Of a DNA stretch of 64,000 bases, positions 38,690-50,500 are shown piece by piece (position 1 is the stretch's first letter; each line of letters starts with the position of its first letter). A model generated the notes under the pieces. It did no database searches. It was not told the DNA's origin and saw only the letters and a list, made by a program, of their open reading frames with translations. The position numbers and the translations under genes were made by a program. This stretch comes from Lepidodermella squamata (taxonomy: Eukaryota > Animalia > Gastrotricha): assembly GCA_047495785.1 (NCBI GenBank), contig JBLDXI010000001.1, forward strand, positions 4,340,001 through 4,404,000, written 5' to 3'.

Positions 38690-40659
38690 GTTCACCAAAT
38701 GAAAAATATATCAACCTACTAAGCGCAAAACTGTGTGCCGTCTGCGGGCGGTGGAATCATCTGACTAATTATAATAATCCTCTTGCCGGACAGGTATACG
38801 CCTAATAAATCGGACGGTTGTTCACTCTCGGTTTCACCTGTCCGGTCTGTCACCTGTTTCACCGCCTGGCTTCCTAACCTGATCAAAGTGTGAAATGTTC
38901 AGAACCTGTTCAGTAAACTTAATCATACCTAATTTGGGAATCTCGCGAATAGATGGATCGTAACACTCTCGCCCACTCGGAGGGCTTATTCGTATATCAA
39001 GAGTCAGACCCCGAGAGAGAATGTGCGAAGAGCGGCGTACCCGTGTTTTTCTTCGCAATACATTAAAGCTCTAATAGTAACGACAGTTTGGCGAAAAGTG
39101 CTTAACGAAAGTAGCGGCTCTCTTAATGGCTGCATATTATTTCTTACTTAGTATTCGGTGATCAGCTGTTGCTGGCATAACAGCCAAATCTTCGATTGTT
39201 TGAGCTCATCTATATTGGAACAGAATATGATGAATCGAAAAAGATGAACGTTCATTATTGGGCGACTTTGCAGTCATGTGATTAAGGGCAAAGTCTGCCT
39301 ACTTTTTGTCTTGGTCGCGCGGTCGCGCGGTCGTTGTGGTGGGGCCAGTGCGCGAAGTAGGATGCTCGAGTTGGGGGTACTTTCAGGCATTTTCTGGCCC
39401 GAAATTTCCGTCCAAAGGGTCCCCCCTGTGGTTTTTTTCGGGTTTTCCTGCCGAGACCTTTCGAACTGGGAGTACCGTACTCCCAGTCTTCCCGCTACTT
39501 CGCGCACTGGGTGGGGCGGTCGTGTAAAAATTTCTCGCTAAAAAAGCGAGTGAAAAAATGAACCACCAGGAGCATAGATAAATAAAAAAGATAGATCTGA
39601 CACGGCAGTACATTTATGTGTGCCGAAATGATTCATCACGATTTTTTGCTTCCTTGGTCGCGTGACCAGTTTTTCACTTGTCAAGAACTCTATAAGAAGT
39701 ACGGTCAAATCAACGCAACTGACAAGTGATTCCGGGTGCCTACTTCACCTCAATTTATCTCCCCTATCTTCGATTTTCTCCAAAAAAAATAGGACATGTA
39801 GATCTCACCTTCAACTCAACGCTTGTCAACCCGGAATTTCCGGCCAGGGAACGGTTGTTGGTAGAAAAATTCTGAAGGATGCACGTTTCCACGCAGCGAT
39901 TATTATTGCTTTTTCGAGTATTTTGCAAAAAAATTGCCTGATGAATTACGACGTCATCTGCAATAATATGATTCATACTACGAAAAAAACTAGCAAGCAG
40001 CCCCGCGCCATTAAATTGATCGCTAAAATTCGGAAGATTTGGAAAATTCCACAAAATCAACGCGAAGCCGGCCGGAAATTCGGATTGGGTTATCACAAAT
40101 TTTACATCCATACCCCTTTCGCGATTTTATGCATTTTTCAAAATAAATCGAGTAGGAGTAGTGAATGATGAATTATATTGATAGCTGATTTTATATCGAG
40201 CGAAGCGAGCAAATTTGTAGTAAAATCAATAAAAAATATGCTTATCCGAATGATTGGGAAGGCTCCTAACTGCAAAACTTAGCGACCAATAAGATGCCAA
40301 TAAATATTCCCAAAATTGTTAGGAAACCCGACATTTTCACCATTTACTGGCGGCCCCTGGGCACGTGCCCTCAGTGCATATGCATTGATTCGGCCCTGTA
40401 CGTAGTAGAAAGAAGCAGAGAGGAACGAGGAACGAATGAAGAGCAGAGAGGAGAAATCAATTTTTGCCCAAACGTCTAGATTTTCAGTTTTTAACCAATT
40501 ATTGCCTATAAGTCATATTGACATACTTTTACAGGCTTTCTACCTAACTCTGTGAACCGAACAGAGTGTCTAGGTGTCTCTGGGGGATACCTGGGTGTGA
40601 TAGGTAGGATCAGCAGAGCCGTAGAGTGAATACCAGGTATACAGTAATTTAATTAGTTA

Positions 40660-40810
40660 AGTCGTATTGCGTGTACATGCATGTACATGCGAGTACTTGC
40701 ATGAACTTGCACGGACGATGCATGCCATTGAATGTGCTCGCATGTACACGCAAGTACACGCATGTACATCCAAGGGCCTACATCCATCTCCATGCATTGA
40801 CTTGCAACCA
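40660..40810. repeat. CATGTAC/TGCATG-motif repeat patch next to the duplication breakpoint
   Basis: Repeated GTACATGC, CATGTAC and ACTTGCA motifs. Confidence 0.5.
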
Positions 40811-43800
40811 CTATAGATCCACCAAACATAGCGAATGTAAATGAATCAGCAAAAGGTTTGTGTACCACATCACGTTTTCACTACGAATTATGGGCGGTTG
40901 GTTTCGAAAGGTATCAAATATCGCCACTGTTTTAGACTCATAATCATCGCTACCGTCGACTTTGTGCAGCTGTTTAAAAACGACAGGGGCATAGCTCAAA
41001 GTTGCACGCCGAGTTTCCGGGCTGAATCGATACCAACCGAGCAGCCCTTTTATCACCGGCATCGAATACAGCGCTTTGTCCATTATCGTTTTGAAGGTAT
41101 TAGGTTGGGCGCTATAGAGTTCAGATCCGATCGTCCAGTCTTGCAAGCTCTCATTTCTCATGTCTCGCATAATGCTCACAGCGTAATCAAGCCAGAAGCC
41201 GAGGAAAATTGTTTGGTCATAAACGTTTTCGGCTAAAACCTGTGGCTCTGATAGATTGGAGATTCGCCGTTCAAGGTTCTCCGCGAACTCTCCGTGAGTC
41301 AAACCTGTGGAGTCTGCTACAGTTTCGTTCACATCAGCCATAAATCCATCACCAAAGAAGATAACTTTACGGACCATTACAGCCAAATCTTCGCAACTGC
41401 ACGTCAAATCGTAAGGTATTGCGTTGCAGTTATCGGGTCGCATCTCCGTTTCGTAGTAAGAGAATAAGAAAAACAGGTAATTTGGCGAGGAGAATCCGTT
41501 CTGATGGAAACTGCATAGAATCTGACCGACTTTGTCTGACAAAATGACTATCACCCTAGCACCACTTGATTCAATAACTTCAACAGCTTGCTCGATTTCG
41601 CCCAAGTCGCCTAACACCATTATCTCTCTCAAGGTTAGCAATTCCACGCCTTTAGCTTCCAATTCGGCGTGAAGCTGTTTTAAAGCGTAGAAATAAATGA
41701 TATTGCTGATCACAGCAACTTTCCGCCACTTGAAGTGAGTAACAAAATCGGCGAATCCTGAATAGACACCGCCTGTGTTTCCCGAGAGAGGATATGTTGA
41801 AGAATAGACGTCAGCATCCATGGCAACTTCGTAACTGATTGTACAAGAATCCATCTAAATATCATGCATTAGTCAAATAAGTTGCCTTCAAACCCGCGTC
41901 AAATATTACCGCGAGTAAGTCAATGGCTTTAGCAGCCAGGGATATGATTTTTTGGGCAACATCCAAACAAGGTGATAGCATTAAGATTGGAAGCCTTTCC
42001 GTTATTCCGTCTTCATTATTGAGCTGTTGAAAAACCGCTGGTATTCCGAACATTTCATCACCCTAAAATTGAAATTACTTGGCATCATTGAAATTTCGAT
42101 GGTAAACTTAGTGGAACCAGTGAATCCGCAATTATCTGATTGGTCGGGTGGTTTCAAGTCTGTGATTGGTTGGTTCAAAGAGCACGCGACACGCACCATT
42201 TAATTTTTTTCTGCGATTTTGAAATATGAAATGTAGCGGAAAGTGAATACCCTTCTGCCATCTAGCCGAGATAGCTCAGTTGGGAGAGCGTTAGACTGAA
42301 GATCTAAAGGTCCCTGGTTCGATCCCGGGTCTCGGCGTACCTTTTTGCGATGTCTTTGGCGTATCCCAATTGCCATGTTAGAAGCACACGGGGGTTTTCT
42401 ATCGCAGGCCCGTTGGTCTAGGGGTATAATTCTCGCTTCGGGTGCGAGAGGTCTCGGGTTCAATTCACGAACGGGCCCACTCGTTTTTTCTTCATTTGAA
42501 TTTCAACAAGCTATTGAAAATTGATCACATAATCCAAGCATTTAATTTCACATCTCCCTGATGGTCTAGTGGTTAGGATTCCGCGCTTTCACCGCGGCGG
42601 CCCGGGTTCGATTCCCGGTCAGGGAAAGTTTTGCTTTGAAATGAGGTTTTTTGCAAAAATCACTGCTCATCGCAAAAAATCGAGCAAGGCTTAGAGGGAT
42701 CGAACCTTCAATATTCTGCTAACTGGGCAGACACGCTATCACTAAGCTACTTTCCCTTTTGGCTTAAATGGCCATTCAGTCCCAAATTTAAGCTACCGAA
42801 GCATTCATGGCAAAAAAATCGTTTGTACGATACGGGTGCAGATCCCGTTGCCTTTCGTATGTTTAGCGACCGCTCTACCATTTCAGCTAATCCCCCATGT
42901 ATTTTAGTCAATATTTAATAAAGGCATTCTCAACAATAACGTAAAACTGACAGTAAGTTTTTGAAAAGCTGGCGCCCATCGGGAGACTCGAACCCCAGAA
43001 ACTGCTCACGGGAGACTAGTAGCCAGGGTTCAACTCCCTGCCTAGGAGCTCGCTTTTTCCTCAATTTTAAAGCTGAACTAAAAAACTAACTTTCAAAGGG
43101 CATACATGCGTATTGGCCAAAAACGTACAACCGCCCGATGTGGGGCTCGAACCCACGACCCTGGGATTAAGAGTCCCATGCTCTACCGACTGAGCTAACC
43201 GGGCTGAGACTGAGAAGTGTACTGCTACATTTTATATTTCCTTACTGGTATTGCTTCTGGATTAAAAATATTTCAAAGCTGCTAAGAGTCGAACCTGCCA
43301 TCTTTCGACACTTAATCAGACGCTTCGTCCACTGTGCCACAACCCTACCTTCTAAGTGGAATCCACTCTACTAGATCATAGAAAAAGCAATCGCAGAAAA
43401 ACATGGTACGTGTCGCGTGCTCTTCGAACCAACCAACCAATCACAGACTCGAAACCACCCGACCAATCAGATAATTGTGGATTCACTGGCTCCACTAAGA
43501 AAGTTACATTATTGTTACCTTGTCGTCAACCATTTGGAAAACTATTTCATACTCGTTCGTAAAATTAGCCACTGACTTCAGCTGATCCAGTGCCAGTTGA
43601 ATGGCTCGTGTAGCAGATGGGCCCACCGTGATGACGCCTTCCTCATAGTAAGAGTAGCAAATAGATGTCAAAAATGTCAGCACTATTTTATCATCGGACG
43701 CATTATCGAAAAATCTTGATGAAGCCACGTAGGTTGGCATCGGTTCATCCATCGCAGATTTTCCAACGTAGAATGACTCGCTGACTCGATCTCGAAATTC

Positions 43801-43866
43801 TTTCACGGTTAAAGTTCTTACTGAACTCATGGTCATCATCAGAAGCATTGGGGTTAGATTTGTCAT
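40811..43866 (-). CDS. Truncated receptor duplicate A2: signal peptide plus Venus-flytrap ectodomain only, ~514 aa; exons 43866-43519, 42062-41910, 41854-40811 (possibly a pseudogene)
   Basis: Near-identical to A1 exons 1-3. A 10-bp deletion near 40860 shifts the frame and homology ends at ~40830, before TM1. Splice sites are intact. Confidence 0.7.
42265..42337 (+). tRNA. tRNA-Phe(GAA)
   Basis: Canonical cloverleaf GCCGAGATAGCTCAG...CTGAAGA...GTTCGATCC...TCTCGGC with a T5 terminator. Confidence 0.96.
42407..42478 (+). tRNA. tRNA-Pro(CGG), slightly degenerate
   Basis: GGCCCGTTGGTCTAGGGGTATAATTCTCGCTTCGGGTGCGAGAGG...; one T-stem mismatch and one D-stem change; T6 terminator. Confidence 0.85.
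42555..42626 (+). tRNA. tRNA-Glu(TTC)
   Basis: TCCCTGATGGTCTAGTGGTTAGGATT CCGCG CTTTCAC CGCGG ...GTTCGATTCC...CAGGGAA. Confidence 0.95.
42686..42756 (-). pseudogene. Degenerate tRNA, isotype uncertain (loop reads AGT)
   Basis: A box TAGCTTAGTG, stem TCTGC/GCAGA, B box GGTTCGATCC, T run downstream. Confidence 0.6.
42824..42896 (-). pseudogene. tRNA-Ala(AGC)-derived pseudogene
   Basis: GGGGGATTAGCTGAAATGGTAGAGCGGTCGCT... follows the metazoan Ala(AGC) pattern. Anticodon and T arm are mutated. Confidence 0.75.
42970..43050. pseudogene. Two back-to-back tRNA 3' halves (one minus strand, one Asp-like plus strand)
   Basis: Minus strand GGTTCGAGTCTCCCGATGGGCGCCA; plus strand TCACGGGAGAC...GGGTTCAACTCCC...GGAG followed by T5. 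Confidence 0.5.
43132..43204 (-). tRNA. tRNA-Lys(CTT)
   Basis: GCCCGGTTAGCTCAGTCGGTAGAGCATGGGACTCTTAATCCCAGGGTCGTGGGTTCGAGCCCCACATCGGGCG with a T5 terminator. Confidence 0.96.
43274..43346 (-). pseudogene. tRNA-Arg-like pseudogene
   Basis: GTGGCACAGTGGACGAAGCGTCTGA...AAGATGGCAGGTTCGACTC; stems are broken. Confidence 0.6.
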
Positions 43867-44501
43867 TTTCTCTGATGATTCTAATGTCTGAAAGTTTCGA
43901 ATGAGCTCAAACTGTGCAAAGGAAAACTAGGAGATTTTCTTTTGCCGTAATATTTAATGGTCTCAACTTTTTATTGGCTGTGTCGTATTGCTCTACATGA
44001 TTTTGTATCAATCCCGCAATTTAACGATAAAGTCGAAGTCGTAAGTCCGTGAAGCTCATTAGGCGAATCGATGATTGCTGACTGATGCATTTTTGTGATT
44101 TTATTTGTGATTTTATAGTCCGAACGTGTAAAAGGCGGGCGAACTCGGGTGGCTCGTGATGAAATTGCGGTTGTGTATCCTGCGGTTTTGAAAAAAAGAT
44201 TTTCAACCAATAATCGCAGAAATTATTTTGTTCCTACTACCTTCTACCTAATACCTTCTACCTTCATGGGTGAAAATCAGTTGGAGGAAGTAGGCACCAC
44301 AATGCAATAGTATTCCTACGGGACCTTTCTTCCATCGGACAAGTCTGGTTTACTCATCGCGGCATTATTAAGGCATATTTCTGGGTCAGGCTCGTATTCC
44401 GATTCCGTCGCATGCATGACCATTGACCATAAGTTGGCGGCAATATCTTCGTGTTTTTATTTTATGTAAGTTTTCAATCCATTCACCAGCTCAATCTAAG
44501 T

Positions 44502-44604
44502 CTTTGATGTACACAATTTCTTGTATTTATCAGGTATTTTAAATACCTGATAAATACAAGAAATTGTGTACATCAAAGCCTGATAAATACCGTATTTATC
44601 AGGC
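44502..44604. repeat. Two adjacent palindromes at a deletion junction
   Basis: 38-bp arms with a 1-nt loop (44502-44578) and 13-bp arms (44578-44604). Confidence 0.9.
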
Positions 44605-47600
44605 GCGAACAAAGCATTCAACTATTACGTGATTATTCACCTCAATGACATGCGAATGCCCCTTCAGCTGCATTTTTCCTTCTTTGTTTTTGATGCTTTT
44701 TGGCACAGCCTTCAGCGGCTTGCCGAATCTACGATCGATCAAAAGGGGCCGACTCAATGGCAAAGAAATGAGGATGCAGCTATTTGACTATTCCACCTAG
44801 TCAAGCGATCCAAAACCATAGAAACTAGAAGCTAGAAGTTATAATTAGTGCTTTCGAGCTGTTTATCTTCATCTCCGCCAGTCAATCGCACGGTCTAACT
44901 CGCAGTTGTGTTTCGAGAATCCTGCTAGCGTAGGGCATCTGTCCATGCTCCTCGCGTACTGGGAGCACAGCCGGAGGCTGTCAAATGGCAATTCGAAGTG
45001 AAGTTCTGCCCCATAGCGATGGATTTCTACGCAAATGTTCAGGAATCCGACTGAATTCGACTGAACTCGTTCTTTGGGACTGCAATGTCTTGACTAACGA
45101 ACAGATTCTAATGTCGCTGTCGTAGAGGGGTAGCTTTCGGATTCCCATCCTCGCATCAGCACACTCCAAAAGATCATGCCGGGAATACGATTTCAACCTT
45201 CATGTAATGGGATACCACAAATTCCAAAAATTCTAAAATTCTATATGCTTAAGGATTCTTTTGTCTCCGAGGCTGACGTCTGGCCTTCTGTCGTCCATGG
45301 CCATGACTTTCCTGAAATTCGTTCTCATTTTTGCTTTTTCGAAATTCGTCGCAAGTACTCACATATTCGTCGTTTCACGCTACAGTTTTACTCTCTGCTC
45401 TTTTTGCGGTTCGCCACGATACAGCATGATGATAGAATTTAGACTTTGAATCTATTGCTCCAGACGACGCTACTGTGCGTCTAAATTCTGCCGGACTGTT
45501 AGAAGCGCTATTTTGCAGTGGTTAAGTTGTCTTTATTCCGCAAGACGGTGGAAATAGTATTAAATTTTGGTTGTAATCTTCGAAGCATGGACTCGAAATG
45601 GAGAGTTAAAGCGTTCCAGATATCTTTAGCTGTTGTCAAATCGTTGACTAAGAATAGGCACTCCGGGCTAACGATTGAATTATAGTGTTCTTGGCTATTG
45701 CTGCGTTGGCTTTAGCTAAGGCTACGTCGGTTGGTCGCACTCGTGCATCATCAATGTGCCTATTGGTGCTAGATCAATAGCCTACTAGTCAGTGACGCAA
45801 ACGGGGTTTACCTATTGTGGTCGTCGACATGTCGACTTTGATCAACATGTCTCGACGCTCTCTGGAAGAATGGGCTACCCTGGGTCAAAACCGGTTATCC
45901 CAAATTCCTTCATTTCCGACATCGGCAATAGCTTTGATAGTGACGAGGCGCCCTCCTGCGGTTCTCTCCTCTTCGATCGCGCGCTTGAGTATTTCTGCGG
46001 AAACAGCTTCGGTCCCGCCGCGTTTGGCAGCGATGCCGAGGTCGCTTCAAAGACCGCTAGTGAATGCAAACTTCAACCCGCTTCTGATACAACCATTTGC
46101 TCTATCAGGTGGCAGCATTTGTTGTAATAGTCGCGCGCTGTCTCGCTCGTTAGCTGCACTGCTTTTGGCCGATTTCATCTAAAAAACTGTTTTAGATCAG
46201 CAAACTCAGCGGAAAAGGTTAGGAAACATTGTAATCTGCATCTAAGTTTAGTTACCTAAGATTTCTATTTTTCTTAGAATATGTGTCCTACCTATTAATT
46301 TTTACCGGATCAATACTGCGAACAGGTTTTTTGTCTACACCTGAGTATGGTCCTCCGGCAGCACTGTTTCTTCCGAATGGTCGACTATTATGTTTATGAT
46401 GCTTTGGGCGATGCAGATGTCTTGTTCAGGCTTGCAACGCAAATGAGAATTTGATAGCTAGTTCCACCTAGTCCAGCGCTAGAGTGTAGAGTCTAGAGGC
46501 TAGAGCTATAGAACTGTAGAATTACAAGTCCAAGCGTTGGAAACAGGATATGTTGGTTGTATTGAGGTTGTAGTATAGTCGATCGTTTTGTCGTTGCGAC
46601 TCGCTTAGTTGTTTGAGCCTTGCTGGATGTTTTCGTGCTGTTTTTCTTTGGAGAAACCTGCCAGTGTAGCGCATTTGTCCATGCGCCTCACGTAATGATA
46701 GCGAAGCTTGAGGCTGTCGAATGGTAGAGTGCGAAGTGAAGTTCTGCCCCATAGCAAATGAACGTAAATCATCGTCCGACTGAACTTTTAGGTCGAATTT
46801 TGGGACTGAAATCTTTTGTCTAGCGAATATACTGATGTCACTGTCGCAGAGGAGTAGCCTTTCGGATTCCAATCCTCGCATCAGCACACCCCAAAAGACG
46901 TCGATCGTCCAAACTTGTTTGCCAAGTTCACAGTACACTAGAGCTTCCGTCGTAGGAATTGGGTATAATGTATAATCCACGACAGTCGCTAGGAGCAGTC
47001 GCAACCAAACAACTTCAGAACCAGCGGACTCCTTTCGGGATAGCCAGCTCACTGACCCCCTACCAGCGGAAGCATGTAACCGGATGTCGATTTTCGAGAT
47101 GTAGTCCTGCGGAAGAGGATCCGAACACCGGCTGGCATCAGAGTAAGCTTTCTTCAGTTCCTTCATTTCCGACAGAGCGCACCTCTTCGTCGGAAGAATC
47201 AGAAGTGTTAACCATTCCAATGAATCGAGATTTCGGGTTAACTAGCGCGAATAACTTGATAATAAGAGTGAAAACAATAAAGGCGATGACGATAGTGAAT
47301 AGTAAGGTGATGCAATCCCATAATTTGTTCCACCAGCTCTCTTCCTCCGATTGTTGGCGCACCTTGGTGGAATTCCGCGGCGTTGATGCCCGTTTTGTCT
47401 CCTAATACTATCTCGAATTTTCGAAATCTCCCTGCTGAGATTGCGCGATTGTTCTCGAGACTCGTCAAAATCACTTGCCCATTAATTTCTTTCTGGCGAG
47501 TCGCTCGACTATTTCGTCGAATTTACGACTTTGATCAGGGATTGCCGCGCGATCCATCATCTTGATATGGAGATCGACTAGTCCGGCTGGACCAATAATA

Positions 47601-50172
47601 TTACTTCGGCCTGCAGTCTGTCGTTGCAAAACTGCACGAGATGTGCGACTCAACCATGGAATTGCTTGTTTCGGGTTTGTCATCGCAGCGCAACGTGATT
47701 ATTGTGCCTGCAGTCAGATTTACTTGACCTCGCTTCATTTGTCTTCTTCCGTTAGCGTCTTTGACTTGATTTTCTTTCAACTTTCGAGGCTTGCTTAAGA
47801 AATTAATTTCATCTCCACTCCTGGGCAGTCCAGAATCACCATGTCCTGATAAGTTGATCTCGGTGACGCTAAACACAAGACCGATTTGTCTGTAGTGCCA
47901 TGTAGTCCAGAGTGAATATTCGACATTCTTTGGTGATTAGTCGAATTTTCGCAGATAACACTGCTCGGAGTTCGGAGATGAGCTATAACAGTATGACCGA
48001 TTGAACGGAGAGCGAAACAAAAATCTTTCTTATTTGTCCTTATTTGGCATACAAATTTAAGAATTGAAATTCGACAGCTGTCAGTCGAGAATACAGTCGA
48101 AAATTTAAGTCGGGCCATTGATTTTATCAGACGACCTCATACGAATGGATAGGGAAGGGGAAGGGCAGTTCTGGGGGATGGTTGGGGGATCAGGGGTATT
48201 TAAGGATGATAGATTGCCCCGAACCCTGAACGTGGTTCATAATCGCATATAAGTAAAGGATGTCAGGCTTCGCAGTTTCATCTGGAATCCGTTGAATCCG
48301 TTGGAATCCGTTTTGACGTGAAATCGTTTAATCAAGTGAAATCAAGTGGTGCCTTGTTCAATTTCCAAAGACATTCCGCTTGCTTTCCAACACTAGAATT
48401 TATTGTTGGAACACTAGAAACTAACGACTAGAATTTAGACTCCCCTGGTAGGGCGGCTGACTGGAGGAAACAACATCGGTCCCACCGCGTTCGGCAGCGA
48501 CGCCTTAGTCGCTCCAAAACCGTTAATGAATGCGGCTTTCGATATATACCCATTTGCTCCATTGGAGGCGGAACCTGTTCTAAAAGCCACACGCTGTCTC
48601 GCTTGGTAGCAGCGCTGCTTCCTTGAGCCGCCTCTGAGCCTTCTTAAGGCCTCAACGTCTGATGGACGGCGACCAGCGGTGTCGTTGCTTGGTGCGTCCA
48701 TTGCCCAGAATTTCTGCCACTTTCGATGCGCTTTCGAGCAATGAATTATGAATAAAACCTAAGAGTGGATCTTTACTGTTTTTTTTTGCTGTTTTGTCAA
48801 GGGCTGATTCAAAATATCAGAAAACCACGATTAATCCTTAAAATTAAAATTAGAGCAGAAAAGAAAATACAGATTAGTTTCGTTTCAGATCACGATATTT
48901 TTCGATTCCCAATTAATGAAATGTTTTTTAGCTGTTGGAAATTGAGCGAATTCATTATTTTTATTGCATTAACAATTTTTTAATTTAATCAATATTACAA
49001 GCTGTAAAACGGCTACTTCTTTTCATTTTCCTATGAATTTGATGTTTTTGCTATATGTGATGGCGAATGCTATCACCTACGAAACTCTGCGTTGCCATGC
49101 CCAGCTGTTGAGGCCAAGTGTGAAAATTTCCTATTCCACAATTTTTACACTTACTTTTATTGAGGGCCATAACGTGGCGAGGCAAGGAGTTACATTTTGC
49201 AACAAGCTTGTTTAACATTTTAGTAAAAAGACGCTTTTCATAACATTGTAATTGATGTTTACCGTTTATGCTCAACACTTTCATTGCTGTTCTCACTCTG
49301 CTCTTAGGTTAAATAATAACATGTTTGCAACCTGGTCTGGATCTGGTTGTTCCTAACTATCCTTACCAGACGACTCGTCGAGAACTGAGGCATCGTAATC
49401 GTGTCTCGTGTTAAGGGCCGTAGATCAGGGACGCATGGTGATCAGTTAATGTCATATTGTCGCATATAGACCGTGTCATCAAAGAATATGTGCTGGTCCA
49501 GAATACGATTACACGGCACCAGGCGTACACCAGCCGTTCCCATCTGCGACTCGATGATCCAGTTATTGCTTACTAGGTCAACCAGCGGCAGATCTTCGAG
49601 AATCGGCATCTCCTGCAGCGCGATCCGGGCAGGCAACGTGATACGCATGTTTAGCGTGACTGCACAATATTCCAGCTGTGGTATAGTATTAGTCCCCAGG
49701 ATTTGGCAGAGCTTGTGTCGAGGCTACAACTGCATCCTAGCTGCTTCGCTCAATACGACTCGCGAGTTCCAGTATTCCAAGACATTTGTCGCGCCTACGT
49801 CGAGTGTGCTTGGCACATTATCCGTCCGGGCCGTTATCCTCGCAAGGCTGGTTGCAGCTGGCGTTATCTGCCGATTTACGTAAGGCGCATCATTTTCACT
49901 CTCGATTATGGCCGTTGTTGTATTGGTAATTGTTCCGTCCGCATTTTGCCATGTTTTACTCGCTCTAGCCGACATTGAGAACCGCCGAGTTGCGTTCGTT
50001 CCATTCGAGTAGGCAGGTGGATCCTCGCAATCTTCCTGGCTGACTGGTACCATATATGCTAGTTCTAGGGCAAATAGGTTGTTGAACATGATAAGATACA
50101 ACTTTTAGAAATGTCAAGGAAAAATGTTTGTGAGTGTTTCATCGCGGAAAATCTCGCCAATTATATTGGCGA

Positions 50173-50500
50173 CACTAGGAAAAAAACTAGGTTTATTAGC
50201 TGATTTTTAGCTCGGAGCCAAAACTGAGTCGTCAATTTACATGCAAAAACGCAGCTGATTAGAGGGACATAGGAGGGTTTATTAGCCTATCCCAGCCATG
50301 ACCCGAGCTAATTAGCTTGTCTTTCATTGTGAGAAAAAATAAAGCAGTTGTAAGACAATGAAACTCTAGCTTATTAGCTAGCAAAGGCTAATAACACCTT
50401 CTATGTCCCTCTAATCAGCTGCGTTTTTGCATGTAAATTGACGACTCAGTTTTGGCTCCGAGCTAAAAATCAGCTAATAAACCTAGTTTTTTTCCTAGTG
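50173..50500. mobile_element. CACTA/CMC-like MITE, 328 bp, with 100-bp perfect TIRs and a 2-bp TSD (GA)
   Basis: CACTAGGAAAAAAA...TTTTTTTCCTAGTG; absent from copy 1 (ATTGGCGAAATTCG at ~32358). Confidence 0.9.

Larger units (their letters stand above)
42107..43499. mobile_element. Non-autonomous TIR DNA transposon carrying a tRNA gene array, 1393 bp
   Basis: ~110-bp TIRs (CTTAGTGGAACCAGTGAATCC... and ...GGATTCACTGGCTCCACTAAG) with AAA duplicated on both sides. The empty site TGGTAAAGGGACATT is at 25291 in copy 1. Confidence 0.92.

Noticed and set aside
39662-40168. 168-aa ORF and overlapping frames
   Set aside because: Non-ATG start, AT-rich repeat-like DNA and no motifs. Neighbouring 39350-39445 resembles 15830-15915, suggesting a dispersed repeat.
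42107-42120. Superfamily assignment of the tRNA element (Academ-like TAGTGG, or Harbinger/Zator from the 3-bp TSD)
   Set aside because: The empty site sets the ends at CTTAG/CTAAG with an AAA TSD, which I cannot match confidently to a superfamily without a transposase.
42200-42463. 87-aa minus-strand ORF
   Set aside because: It is the antisense translation of the tRNA-Pro and tRNA-Phe genes.
42107-43499. tRNA array read as a CRISPR array, a SINE cluster or bacterial contamination
   Set aside because: The units are different eukaryotic-type tRNA isotypes with no shared SINE body. The intact genes lack encoded CCA, and the array lies inside a spliceosomal intron.
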